41,992 bases of DNA from a virus (taxonomy: Duplodnaviria; Caudoviricetes): positions 1 through 41,992 of IMG/VR virus record IMGVR_UViG_3300033067_001511; one strand, 5' to 3'. A model generated the notes under the pieces. It did not search any database and had not been told where the DNA came from. It saw nothing but the letters and a program-made list of their open reading frames with translations. This document shows, one piece after another, positions 1-8,351 of this stretch. The position numbers and the translations under genes were made by a program. Numbering within the stretch: the first letter of the stretch is position 1; each line of letters begins with the position of its first letter.

Positions 1-1495
1 AGTCAACTCTTTCTAATCCTTCTTTTAAAAGTTTGTTTTTGTCTTCAGCTAGTTCAAAAGTGTTGTATGTTTCAAGTACATTACGAATTGTTGGGATGAT
101 CTTCTTTTTTGCTATTTGCCTTAATTTTTCATTTTTTAACTCTTCAGACAATTTTTCATGATCTATTTTTGCAATTTCTATTCTATCATTGAGTGACTTT
201 GAGCGTTCTAAAAATGTTTCGGTTGAGTATATGCCTTGCTCAAGAAGGTCGTATATATTATCATATTGATTATTTAGTGTTTTCATTTCTAATTCTATTC
301 TGTTGAGCGAAGCTTGTAATATCTCAATATTATTTACCACTACTGGGTCTTCTTTGTATTGTACTGAATAATCATTTAGCCAGTCATCTAATGACTCAAG
401 TAATTTTTTTTCAACTTCATGTAAAGGTGCTGATACATTTTTGCAAGCCGTTGAAGGACACATCATGGTATCTGCTTGGCCAACCAAATTATAAGGTCGT
501 CTTACCATACTTCTACCGCACATACCACATTTCACAATTCCTGCTAAAGAGTTTTTCAATTCGGTATTTGCAGGACATGAATGTGGGCGATTTGAATTAA
601 TAAAATTATTTGCTTTTTCAAAAGTTTCGAGGTCTACTATTGCCGGATGAATGCCATCGGCTAATATCCACTCTGATGATTTGTTGCGTGGCCGTGTTAT
701 TTTTATTTCGCCGTCGATAATTTTTTTTACAGTGGGGCGTGAGTTCCATTTAACTTTACCTGCATAAGTGGGGTTTCGTATAATAGTTTGTATGCTACTG
801 TTTACCCATACATCACCTTTTTGGGGTGGTATTCTTAGTTGGTTGAGTCTGCGAACTATAAGACCTACACCTATACGTTTTTGTTTTCCTTCGGACATAA
901 TGCCATTTGTGTACCAATCGAATATTTGTTCTACTATCTTGCTTTGTTCAGGATGCAGCTCTAGGGTGTAACCTTTTTGGTTGTCAAGTTTTTTTCTTAT
1001 ATATCCATAAGGTGGTTTATTTCCAACATATTTACCTTCTTTAATTGATGATACTCTGCCGCTTTGCATCCTGCGGTTGATGGTTTTGTATTCTCTCCTG
1101 GACATGAAGAGGTTGAACTCAAAAAAATCTTCATCGGCGGAATCGTTTGGAGAATATGTTTTGTTTGGAGTGATGATTTTTGTATTACTGTATTTGAAAG
1201 CTTGTGCTATTAATCCTTGGTCTATTGAATCCCCCCGGCCCAAACGCTCAAGTTCTACAACAAGAACACCTTCCCATAGTCTTTGTTCGACTTCTACAAG
1301 TAATTTTTGCATGACAGGTCGAGAGGATATAGTTTCGCCAGAGACTATCTCTTGATATATTTCATTTATGTGGAGATTTTGACGTTTGGCAAGCTCTAGT
1401 AATATTTTTTTGTGTCGAGAGAGAGTTTCACCTTCTCCTCGGAGTTCTGCTTCTGCATCAGCTCTGCTCTTCCTGAGATATATCACAAATGGCAT
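1..1495 (-). CDS. Large serine recombinase/integrase (SprA/YokA-like), 3' end runs off the left edge
   Basis: Not in the ORF track (open-ended). Manual translation from ATG at 1495: MPFVIYLRKSRADAEAELRGEGETLSRH...EIVSGETISSRPVMQKLL...ERLGRGDSIDQG...PPYGY...NPTYAG...GIVKCGMCGRSM. This gives the catalytic YxRxS, recombinase domain and Zn ribbon; at least 498 codons. Upstream AAAGGA RBS. Confidence 0.95.
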   Translation of the reverse strand, partial: MPFVIYLRKSRADAEAELRGEGETLSRHKKILLELAKRQNLHINEIYQEIVSGETISSRPVMQKLLVEVEQRLWEGVLVVELERLGRGDSIDQGLIAQAFKYSNTKIITPNKTYSPNDSADEDFFEFNLFMSRREYKTINRRMQSGRVSSIKEGKYVGNKPPYGYIRKKLDNQKGYTLELHPEQSKIVEQIFDWYTNGIMSEGKQKRIGVGLIVRRLNQLRIPPQKGDVWVNSSIQTIIRNPTYAGKVKWNSRPTVKKIIDGEIKITRPRNKSSEWILADGIHPAIVDLETFEKANNFINSNRPHSCPANTELKNSLAGIVKCGMCGRSMVRRPYNLVGQADTMMCPSTACKNVSAPLHEVEKKLLESLDDWLNDYSVQYKEDPVVVNNIEILQASLNRIELEMKTLNNQYDNIYDLLEQGIYSTETFLERSKSLNDRIEIAKIDHEKLSEELKNEKLRQIAKKKIIPTIRNVLETYNTFELAEDKNKLLKEGLERVD

Positions 1496-1516
1496 AGTTT
1501 TATGATGTTTCCTTTC

Positions 1517-1723
1517 TTAATCTGGTGTATACTTTAACAAATCTCCTGGCATACAATCTAAAGCCTTACAAATACGATCCAATACCGACAAATCAATACG
1601 AACATTTGAATTATTATATATTGAGTAAAGTGTGTTTTTGTTGACACCACTTTTTTCTTGGAGTTCACGTATCTTCATACGATTTTTTTCGAACATTACT
1701 CTATCAAGTACAGATTTAATCAA
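1517..1723 (-). CDS. Cro/C1-type HTH (HTH_26/YozG-like) regulator, co-oriented upstream of the integrase
   Basis: IRELQEKSGVNKNTLYSIYNN...LDRICKALDCMPGDLL is a typical XRE pattern; TTG start with AAGGAGG RBS. Confidence 0.9.
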   Translation of the reverse strand: MIKSVLDRVMFEKNRMKIRELQEKSGVNKNTLYSIYNNSNVRIDLSVLDRICKALDCMPGDLLKYTPD

Positions 1724-1916
1724 AATTTACCTCCTTATTCATATGTTTTATGCATATTATATAAAATATAGGTTAATATTTCAAATGTATTTAAGAAAAA
1801 ATACAAGGAAATATCATTTTTTGGGTAAATTTTACTTGAAATAATAGAGGATTTTAATGTATATTATAGAAAGTCATTTAATAGTGAGTTCTGTTAATTA
1901 TTGTAGTATATATTTT

Positions 1917-1925
1917 TGTTATAAT
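1917..1925 (+). promoter_or_regulatory. Extended -10 promoter (TGtTATAAT) for the Panacea gene
   Basis: Perfect TGnTATAAT about 45 nt upstream of ATG 1970; no clear -35. Confidence 0.55.
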
Positions 1926-1969
1926 AATAATAATAGAGTAGGTATATGATTTTAAGTTGCAGGTGTTTT

Positions 1970-2527
1970 ATGTGCAAAGTTTTGGATTTTAATATTGAAA
2001 AGGAAAGGAAATTCAATTTGGGTGCGTGTAAATTACAAGAAAGTGAATATAAATTAAATGAATATGAACTTGTTAAGATAACGTCTTATATACTTTTTTT
2101 TGCAAATAATACACAAACAAAATTATATAAAACAAAACTAAATAAGTTATTATTTTATTTGCAATTTTTGCATGGTAAAAAATATGACAAAAAGAGGTTG
2201 CTGCAAGATGATTTTATATGTAATCATTTTGGACCAACTTATCCTTGTCTAGAAGAAATTCTGAGTATATTAAAAAGCAAAAAATTAATAACAATAAAAA
2301 ATAGTCATTACGGAGAATATGTTGTGGCTAATTATAAATTGAATGATGATAATTATAATATAGAGGAGATAACAGTTTTGAGTGAAGTTGCAAACATGTT
2401 TAGTCTATTTACTTCAGCAGAAATATCCGAATATTCCCACAGAGAAAAACTTTGGTATGATACAAAAATAGGTGATGTTATAGACTTTGATAGAGCAGAA
2501 TTGTTAAATGAGTTTTATTATACTTAA
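1970..2527 (+). CDS. Panacea-domain (SocA/GepA/DUF4065) antitoxin-like protein
   Basis: Motifs KTKLNKLLFY, HFGPTYP and SAEISEYSHREKLW. Start at 1970 (AGGTG RBS) preferred to 1946. Confidence 0.85.
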   Translation: MCKVLDFNIEKERKFNLGACKLQESEYKLNEYELVKITSYILFFANNTQTKLYKTKLNKLLFYLQFLHGKKYDKKRLLQDDFICNHFGPTYPCLEEILSILKSKKLITIKNSHYGEYVVANYKLNDDNYNIEEITVLSEVANMFSLFTSAEISEYSHREKLWYDTKIGDVIDFDRAELLNEFYYT

Positions 2528-2864
2528 TCTGTGTGAAGTATTTAAAGGGAATAATTATTTTATTTGGGGTATTCTAATAATTTTTGGATCAGTTGTGATT
2601 TTTTCTTCTATTAATAGGGACTGGAATGCTGAAAGAATTAATAGTGGGCTTTCATATGATGAGAGTGATGGTATATTTATAACTCAGTGTATTTGGTCTA
2701 AATTACATAGTCTCTGGTGTTATTTATTAATATTTTTAGTTTGTTGTTTATTTGGGTGTGGCCATCGAATAGAGCGGATAATTTATTGCCGTGGTCTATT
2801 TCGATTTTTGTTACAACTTCCACCTTTGCCGATGTCGATCATATTGCCGACGTCAGCAATATGA
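2508..2864 (+). CDS. Small two-TM membrane protein, candidate partner/toxin of the Panacea protein
   Basis: Start overlaps the Panacea gene end by 20 nt. Hydrophobic segments YFIWGILIIFGSVVIFSSI and WCYLLIFLVCCLFG. The 3' end overlaps the convergent dinD fragment, so it is uncertain. Confidence 0.5.
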   Translation: MSFIILNLCEVFKGNNYFIWGILIIFGSVVIFSSINRDWNAERINSGLSYDESDGIFITQCIWSKLHSLWCYLLIFLVCCLFGCGHRIERIIYCRGLFRFLLQLPPLPMSIILPTSAI

Positions 2865-3052
2865 TCGAAAATTTGGAATCCACTATTTATACAGGTTTCC
2901 TTTGCTTTTTCAATAACTTTAAGAAAATTGCTCCAACGACTGTATTTAAGGATTTTTGCAAGTTCTCTACCAAGCCAATATTCTGCTCCATACTCATTAA
3001 CTTTTTTTATGCTTTCAAAAGTTTGTTCGCTGTATTTTGTGATTTTAAACAT
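2783..3052 (-). pseudogene. dinD: Truncated DinD (Bro-N-like N-terminal part only)
   Basis: FESIKKVNEYGAEYWLGRELAKILKYSRWSNFLKVIEKAKETCINSG...DH..DV..MIDIGKG matches the DinD N-terminus, then similarity stops. AAAGGAG RBS intact. Confidence 0.75.
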
Positions 3053-3140
3053 ATATATTCTCCTTTATTCTAAAATAATGTTTTATGTTACCCTAAGTAT
3101 GCAAGTAATAATTTATTTAGGAGTGTGTGGAAGTATGAGT

Positions 3141-3176
3141 AAGCGTAAGTGTAAGTGTAAGTGTAAGTGTAAGTGT
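3141..3176 (+). repeat. Hexanucleotide microsatellite aagcgt(aagtgt)5
   Basis: Directly visible tandem repeat. Confidence 0.95.
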
Positions 3177-3297
3177 AGTGCAAGTTGGTTCAATGGTTCT
3201 GATGGGGTGGGGGTGGCTAAGGTTATTGTGGTTTATTTGGAATTTCCGGAGGAGTTCGCGGATATTCAATCTTATCAAAAAGGCAACAAGATTTATA

Positions 3298-3627
3298 TTA
3301 ATTCTTCTTTTTCTGGGTCTTTTCCCGTGCCTCAATATATGCCTCAAGTTCTTCTATAGATACATTTGCGTTAAGTGCTTTTGTAATTAGGATTTGTCCC
3401 TCTTCTGGCGGAACTAATGATTCTTTTGGATTGTCAGTTCTGCCTAGGAGGTAATCGGTTGAAACATTAAATATATCGGCTAATTTAACTATCATATTCC
3501 AATCAGGATTTCTAGTACCCTGCTCATAATTTGCATAAGTAGTTAAAGCAATATTAAGTTTATCAGCAATATCGCCCTGTTTTAATTTTAAATCCTTTCT
3601 AAGTTGTTTCAAACGTTCTTTTAGCAT
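3298..3627 (-). CDS. CI-like XRE repressor (no peptidase domain)
   Basis: LKERLKQLRKDLKLKQGDIADKLNIALTTYANYEQGTRNPD...LADIFNVSTDYLLGRTD; AGGGAG RBS before ATG 3627; divergent from cro. Confidence 0.92.
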   Translation of the reverse strand: MLKERLKQLRKDLKLKQGDIADKLNIALTTYANYEQGTRNPDWNMIVKLADIFNVSTDYLLGRTDNPKESLVPPEEGQILITKALNANVSIEELEAYIEAREKTQKKKN

Positions 3628-3650
3628 TAATACCACTCCCTAAATACATT

Positions 3651-3776
3651 TTACTCTATGTGTGTAATTTTGTGTTACACGTTGTGAGTAAAAGCAAATG
3701 ATAGATAAATCAATATTTTCGCACATAACACACGAAAAGAGTAATTAGATAACTTGAAAAAACACAAAATGAGTAA
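3651..3776. promoter_or_regulatory. Four 17-bp operators (consensus ttACAC-N5-GAGTAA) in the cI/cro intergenic region
   Basis: 3651-3667 TTACTCtatgtGTGTAA (inverted), 3675-3691 TTACACgttgtGAGTAA, 3728-3744 acACACgaaaaGAGTAA, 3760-3776 aaACACaaaatGAGTAA. Confidence 0.85.
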
Positions 3777-3782
3777 TATTAT
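3754..3782 (+). promoter_or_regulatory. Early lytic promoter TTGAAA-N17-TATTAT
   Basis: -35 at 3754-3759, -10 at 3777-3782; the 17-bp spacer is exactly operator 4. Confidence 0.8.
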
Positions 3783-3800
3783 ATATGTGGAGGTGTAGGT

Positions 3801-3989
3801 ATGAACAAATATAAAAAACTTCGAATTTCAACTGGGTTATCTCGTAAAGATGTGGCTACACTACTTGATATTAGTGTATATTACGTACGTAATATTGAGA
3901 ACGGTCAAAGAACACCTGGGAAAAATATTTTGGTCAAAATGAGCAAACTTTACAAGTGCCGTATTGAAGAATTGTTAAATGTAAGTTGA
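3801..3989 (+). CDS. Cro-like HTH regulator
   Basis: 62-aa XRE HTH (LSRKDVATLLDISVYYVRNIENGQRTPG); GGAGGTG RBS. Confidence 0.9.
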   Translation: MNKYKKLRISTGLSRKDVATLLDISVYYVRNIENGQRTPGKNILVKMSKLYKCRIEELLNVS

Positions 3990-4006
3990 CTACACGATAA
4001 GAGTAA
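3990..4006. promoter_or_regulatory. Fifth operator immediately after the cro stop
   Basis: cTACACgataaGAGTAA, overlapping a TTGACT hexamer at 3986-3991. Confidence 0.75.
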
Positions 4007-4130
4007 TTACATATATATTTTTTTAAAGGTGCAAAGAACAAAAGCAATACAAATAATACCATAAACATAAAAGAATTACAAATATAGTAATGCGGGTGTA
4101 ACGCTTTAGAGGGGGAGGGAATAGGTTAAA

Positions 4131-4343
4131 ATGAGCGATTTACTAAAACTTAAAAGTATTGCAGAAAGAAACGGAGATATTAAAGCATTTTGTTTATCCT
4201 CAAATATGATTTCAAGCAATCTTAGTAAAGGAAAATGGGGAGATGTAAAAATAGCAATTGATAATGAGAGCATACATAGAATTATGAATGACGAGGTTGT
4301 TGGGGTTCTCTATATAACGACAAAAGCAGAGTGGAACGTTTAA
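4131..4343 (+). CDS. Hypothetical early protein, paralog of 8734..9033
   Basis: GGAGG-type RBS; 37/70 identical, ungapped, to the 8734 ORF. Confidence 0.85.
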   Translation: MSDLLKLKSIAERNGDIKAFCLSSNMISSNLSKGKWGDVKIAIDNESIHRIMNDEVVGVLYITTKAEWNV

Positions 4344-4389
4344 GAGGTAATGCGAATAGGTTAGAGGGAGTAATAGTAGAGGTGATTGA

Positions 4390-4599
4390 ATGAAGGATAG
4401 TCCAGAGTTAAAAACGATAGCAACATACCAGCTGGGCAATACATCAGTGGAGATAAGGGCAAGGGGTCCTCTTACGGATGAAGCTGTAGAGAGGTTCAAT
4501 GAGAAGAGCCAGTATATACGGCTTATTAAGAAGGAGAGGGGGGAGAAAGCGGAAAATGATACGCAAGAGGTTGGAGAGCATAACGGGAAAGATGAGTGA
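4390..4599 (+). CDS. Hypothetical early protein
   Basis: GAGGTG RBS, operon context. Confidence 0.6.
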   Translation: MKDSPELKTIATYQLGNTSVEIRARGPLTDEAVERFNEKSQYIRLIKKERGEKAENDTQEVGEHNGKDE

Positions 4600-4747
4600 T
4601 GAATTTTTCCTTGAGGTTATGGATGCTACAAAGAAGGATATTGTGGTTAATAAGATTTTGTATAAAAAAAAGACAAGCTATGACTTGTTTATAGGGAGTG
4701 CTGTTAGTGTTGTTAGATTGTTTGAGAAATGTTGGTACAAAAGATAA
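4556..4747 (+). CDS. Hypothetical early protein (63 aa)
   Basis: G-rich RBS before ATG 4556; fills the gap to the initiator. Confidence 0.6.
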   Translation: MIRKRLESITGKMSDEFFLEVMDATKKDIVVNKILYKKKTSYDLFIGSAVSVVRLFEKCWYKR

Positions 4748-4760
4748 TCAGGGGGATAAA

Positions 4761-5861
4761 ATGGCTACAAGAAGAATGTTTAGTATCAAAATAATTAATA
4801 CCGCAAAATTTCTAAAATTACCAGTCGAAGCTCAAAACTTATACTTTCACCTTATAATTAGAGCTGATGATGATGGTATAGTAGAGGCTTTCCCTATTTT
4901 AAAAACATTAGGTTCATCAGAAGAGAGCCTAATTCTTTTACATAAGAAAGAATTGATTAGAGTATTAAATGAAGACCTTATAATTTATATAACAGATTGG
5001 TTAGAACACAATAATATACGTGCAGATAGAAAAATAGATAGTCGGTATAAAGATTTGCTGATCCAAACAATACCTTATGTAAGATTACTAGAAAGTAAAC
5101 CCCGAATTAATCAGAGAAAAAATGACGGACAAATGTCAGACAATGGACAGACATTGGACGGACAAATTGGACAGACATTGGACGGACAAATGTCAGACAA
5201 TGGACAGACATTGGACGGACAAATGTCAGACAATGGACAGTCAAACATTGAAAATGTTAGTTTGGGTAAAAATGGAATAGGCTATGGCAAAGTAGACACA
5301 GAGCAACGCACAGCAGATGCAGAAAAAATATTGGACGGACATTGGTCAGACATTGGACAGCAAAATGACGGCTTAAGTAAGGTTAGGTTAGGTATTAATA
5401 ATACTAATAGTAATAATAGTAGTAATAGTATTAATAGTAATAAAGATCTTGTTGCTGAAGAAGAATTTGTACCAGATCATTTTCAAGATTTACAAAAAAA
5501 ACCAGAAAAAGCATATCAAGAAAATATCGGAATACTAACACCACACATAGCAGAAAGAATCCAATATTTGCTAGAGGATGGGATAAGCGAAGAATTATTG
5601 ACTCAGTATATTCTTGTGAGCGTGAATAGAGGGAAAGGGAGTTGGTCCTACATCGAAAAAATGGCAACGGAAAATATTAAAAAGAACATCACAACGTTAG
5701 AGCAATACAATGCATTATGCGTAGAGTGGGAAAAGAAAAAGAGCATCACAAAGGGAGTTAAAAAACCACAATACGCAAATTTTGACCAGCGAGAATACCT
5801 GGAAGATGAATACGACAAATATTATGCAAATTTGCAAGATGATGTTATTAACAAACAATAA
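4761..5861 (+). CDS. Phage replication initiator (replisome-organiser N-terminus, DnaD-like C-terminus)
   Basis: MATRRMFSIKII...AQNLYFHL..RADDDG.V...ITDWLEHN.IR.DR N-terminus; YQENIG.LTP...SWSYIEK..EN..KNITTLEQ DnaD/DnaB_2 domain; internal iterons. Confidence 0.9.
   Translation: MATRRMFSIKIINTAKFLKLPVEAQNLYFHLIIRADDDGIVEAFPILKTLGSSEESLILLHKKELIRVLNEDLIIYITDWLEHNNIRADRKIDSRYKDLLIQTIPYVRLLESKPRINQRKNDGQMSDNGQTLDGQIGQTLDGQMSDNGQTLDGQMSDNGQSNIENVSLGKNGIGYGKVDTEQRTADAEKILDGHWSDIGQQNDGLSKVRLGINNTNSNNSSNSINSNKDLVAEEEFVPDHFQDLQKKPEKAYQENIGILTPHIAERIQYLLEDGISEELLTQYILVSVNRGKGSWSYIEKMATENIKKNITTLEQYNALCVEWEKKKSITKGVKKPQYANFDQREYLEDEYDKYYANLQDDVINKQ
5124..5443 (+). repeat. Putative replication origin: iterons plus AT-rich unwinding element inside the initiator gene
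   Basis: gacggacaaatgtcagacaatggacagacattg (33 bp) at 5124, 5181 and 5214 (partial); 24-bp deleted unit at 5157; degenerate unit at 5334; taa/tag-rich tract 5395-5443. Confidence 0.8.
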
Positions 5862-5877
5862 GAGGGAGAGTGCCAAG

Positions 5878-6195
5878 ATGGAGAAGTGTGAAAATGAGAA
5901 GTGCCCAGCGTGTGAGACTAGAAAGATGTTGTTTTATAGCAACTACTGGGAGAGTGAGAAGGTTAAAGAAAGTGATAATTATAAAATTGCAGAGAAGCAA
6001 TTGTTCGAAAGTAATGGGGATGATTTTGCTAAATGGATTGAGGATTTTTATAAGTTTCTAAATACTGAGATTGAAAAAGTTGAGGAATTTTTTGAAGAGC
6101 TTGACAAATTAAGGATTTGCCGAGTAATTTGCCAAAGAATAATAGATAAACAAATTCAAGATCAAGTAAATAACAAAAAAATAGCAGATACATGA
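5878..6195 (+). CDS. Hypothetical protein with N-terminal Cys cluster (CENEKCPAC)
   Basis: GAGGGAG RBS before ATG 5878. Confidence 0.65.
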   Translation: MEKCENEKCPACETRKMLFYSNYWESEKVKESDNYKIAEKQLFESNGDDFAKWIEDFYKFLNTEIEKVEEFFEELDKLRICRVICQRIIDKQIQDQVNNKKIADT

Positions 6196-6211
6196 GAAAA
6201 ATCTGCTATTT
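6179..6211 (+). terminator. Hairpin/possible terminator aaatagcagat-N11-atctgctattt
   Basis: 11-bp perfect inverted repeat spanning the stop codon; short U tract. Confidence 0.55.
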
Positions 6212-6392
6212 CAGGGGACATACAAAATTCACTTATGAAATCAGTATACTCTGTCCTTTGAAATTTTGCAAATATAACTAAGCATTTTAAATCTAAAATT
6301 AGATAGCTCACTTGCGTTTTTAGGTGGGCAAAGTGCAAAAGTTGTATAAGTTATCAAACGGAATGTTATTTCGTTTAGAAGGGGCGGTATAA

Positions 6393-7208
6393 ATGGAAAA
6401 TATGGAAATGAATAACAATAAGATATCGATAATCGATAGTATCACGCTAGATGGAATACAAAAAACTTTGACTAAAATCAATCAATTTCATGCAATAGTC
6501 AAGGCTACGCTTATACCTGAGATAGATTATGGGATGATACCGGGAGCAAAAAAACCAATGCTTTTCAAAAGCGGTGCTGAGAATATTTTAATGCTATTTG
6601 GTTTATCAACTACTGTGGATATTGTGACGGTTATTCCGGAGCAAATGACGAAGGAAACGAATTTTATATCTTACACTGTAAAGTGTAGTTTACGCAAAAA
6701 TAATCTAGTTGCAAGTGAAGGTATCGGAACTTGCAATTCTAGTGAGAAAAAGTATGAGTCAAAGAATGCTCTTGATATTGCTAATACTGTTTTGAAAATG
6801 GCGGCGAAGAGGGCACTGGTTGATGCGGTGTTACATGTTGCAAGTTTATCTGCTGTTTTTGCTCAGGAAACGGATGATATTAATGAGTATTTGAAGCGTG
6901 AAATGATGGATAATTTGGGTGTTAACGAGGCGAGTGGTTTTAAGGTGAATTTTGGGAAACACAAAGGTAAAACAGCAGGTGAGGTGTATAAACAGCATTA
7001 TGATTATGTCGAATGGTTTTTTGCAAATGGTAAGGATGAGAAGTTACGTAAGGCTTTTGAGGTGTTGAGTGAGGCTGTAAAAACGCAAGCTGAAAGGGCA
7101 GTTAAAAGGACTGAGAATATACCTGATTTTGAACATGGGAGTGATGTGGATGCAATGGATATGGCTGATAATATTAATTATAGCGATAATGGGGATGATG
7201 TATTGTAG
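6393..7208 (+). CDS. Single-strand annealing recombinase (Sak/Rad52-superfamily-like) with C-terminal FGKHKG (DUF3820/ExoX-C-like) domain
   Basis: DYGMIPGAKKPMLFKSGAE, EGIGTCNSSEKKY, NTVLKMAAKRALVDA..SLSAVFAQE; then FGKHKGKT.GEV....DYVEW. Confidence 0.7.
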   Translation: MENMEMNNNKISIIDSITLDGIQKTLTKINQFHAIVKATLIPEIDYGMIPGAKKPMLFKSGAENILMLFGLSTTVDIVTVIPEQMTKETNFISYTVKCSLRKNNLVASEGIGTCNSSEKKYESKNALDIANTVLKMAAKRALVDAVLHVASLSAVFAQETDDINEYLKREMMDNLGVNEASGFKVNFGKHKGKTAGEVYKQHYDYVEWFFANGKDEKLRKAFEVLSEAVKTQAERAVKRTENIPDFEHGSDVDAMDMADNINYSDNGDDVL

Positions 7209-7473
7209 GTGGTTGGTCAAGAGGGTTCGAGAATTGGAAATTGAAGAATTTGATAGATGGAAATTTGAATCATTTCAAACTCCCTCTCCCTCTTCATACA
7301 AAAAAAATATGATATGCCCTATATGCAAGAAGGAACTAGACATGACAAGACCGGTAAATATAATATTTGTGCAATCTGAACCTGTGTTTTGTTGTATTAA
7401 ACATACGTCAAAGGAACTGGCAAACTATAAAAAAAAACATATAAAAATAACTAAACAAGAAAAGGAGGCATAA
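7195..7473 (+). CDS. Hypothetical protein with Zn-finger-like CPIC...CCIKH
   Basis: Operon context; start uncertain. Confidence 0.5.
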   Translation: MMYCRWLVKRVRELEIEEFDRWKFESFQTPSPSSYKKNMICPICKKELDMTRPVNIIFVQSEPVFCCIKHTSKELANYKKKHIKITKQEKEA

Positions 7474-7475
7474 GT

Positions 7476-7838
7476 ATGAACATTGCAGATATTGCAAGAG
7501 GAGCATTGGTTGAGCAGGTGGATGTTGAGATTGAAAAGGTCATAAAAAATATAATTGACCCCAATACAGACATCAAGAAGAAACGCAAGATAACTATTGT
7601 GTTGGAGTTCAAAACTGATGATGAGAAGAGAGACATTTCAGAAGTAACTTTTAACGTAAAAAGCGATTTGGCACCGCAAAAGAAAGTAAGTACGTTAATA
7701 GTTTTTGATAAAAATAATAAAGGTGATATCGTGGTGGAAGAACTCTGGAAAAATAGCGCCAAAGGGCAAATGTGGATTGATGATAAAACAGAATTAATTG
7801 AGCCTAAAACAGCAAGCAAAGTATTAAATATTAAATAA
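7476..7838 (+). CDS. Conserved phage protein (often labelled replication terminator-like)
   Basis: IARGALVEQVD.E..KV..NI.DPNT...KKRKITI.LEF pattern common in Firmicute prophages; AAGGAGG RBS. Confidence 0.75.
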   Translation: MNIADIARGALVEQVDVEIEKVIKNIIDPNTDIKKKRKITIVLEFKTDDEKRDISEVTFNVKSDLAPQKKVSTLIVFDKNNKGDIVVEELWKNSAKGQMWIDDKTELIEPKTASKVLNIK

Positions 7839-7861
7839 TTTTTAAAATACGGAGGATAAAA

Positions 7862-8071
7862 TTGATGGCAAATATTAATCCTGATAAAGAGAGAGAAAGA
7901 AGTTTGGTCCTAGAATTATATGAAAAAGGAAATTCACATACCGATATAGCTCGATGTATTGCGCGAGAGCGTAAAATATTTAATATTGAGCAAAAAAAAA
8001 TCGGTGAAATATTAATTGAGGTCGAAAATATAATACTTGATAGGTATAGGAGGAAAAATGAAGATACTTAA
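7862..8071 (+). CDS. Hypothetical protein, possible HTH
   Basis: GGAGG RBS; LELYEKGNSHTDIA. Confidence 0.6.
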   Translation: MMANINPDKERERSLVLELYEKGNSHTDIARCIARERKIFNIEQKKIGEILIEVENIILDRYRRKNEDT

Positions 8072-8351
8072 AGATGAACAAAGAAAGATTGAAGAACTTG
8101 AGGCAAAACTAATTTTTTTGATGGATATAGTTTCTGCATTGTGCATTAAAGACATTAGAAACAATACTATATACTCAAATGAACGTAAAACAAGTATATC
8201 AATACCATATTCTTTTCTGTATGAGGTTTCTAAAACATGCCAAATAAATTATAAAGATATTGATGATATGCTTGTTCTTGAACCAATATATTTTAAAGAG
8301 AAAGAGAAAGAGAAGGAAAAGGAAGAGGAAAAGGAAGAGGGACTACATTGA
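8058..8351 (+). CDS. Hypothetical protein with KE-repeat tail
   Basis: AGGAGG RBS before ATG 8058. Confidence 0.65.
   Translation: MKILKDEQRKIEELEAKLIFLMDIVSALCIKDIRNNTIYSNERKTSISIPYSFLYEVSKTCQINYKDIDDMLVLEPIYFKEKEKEKEKEEEKEEGLH

Noticed and set aside
742-904. Diverged repeat pair (with 41830-41992) as DGR template/variable repeats
   Set aside because: Mismatches are not adenine-specific, all are synonymous, and no reverse transcriptase is present.
391-1355. Plus-strand ORFs 391..600, 768..971 and 1077..1355
   Set aside because: Antisense shadows of the serine recombinase.
5124-5240. 33-bp repeats as a CRISPR array
   Set aside because: Tandem with no unique spacers, in frame within the initiator, no cas genes; they fit iterons.
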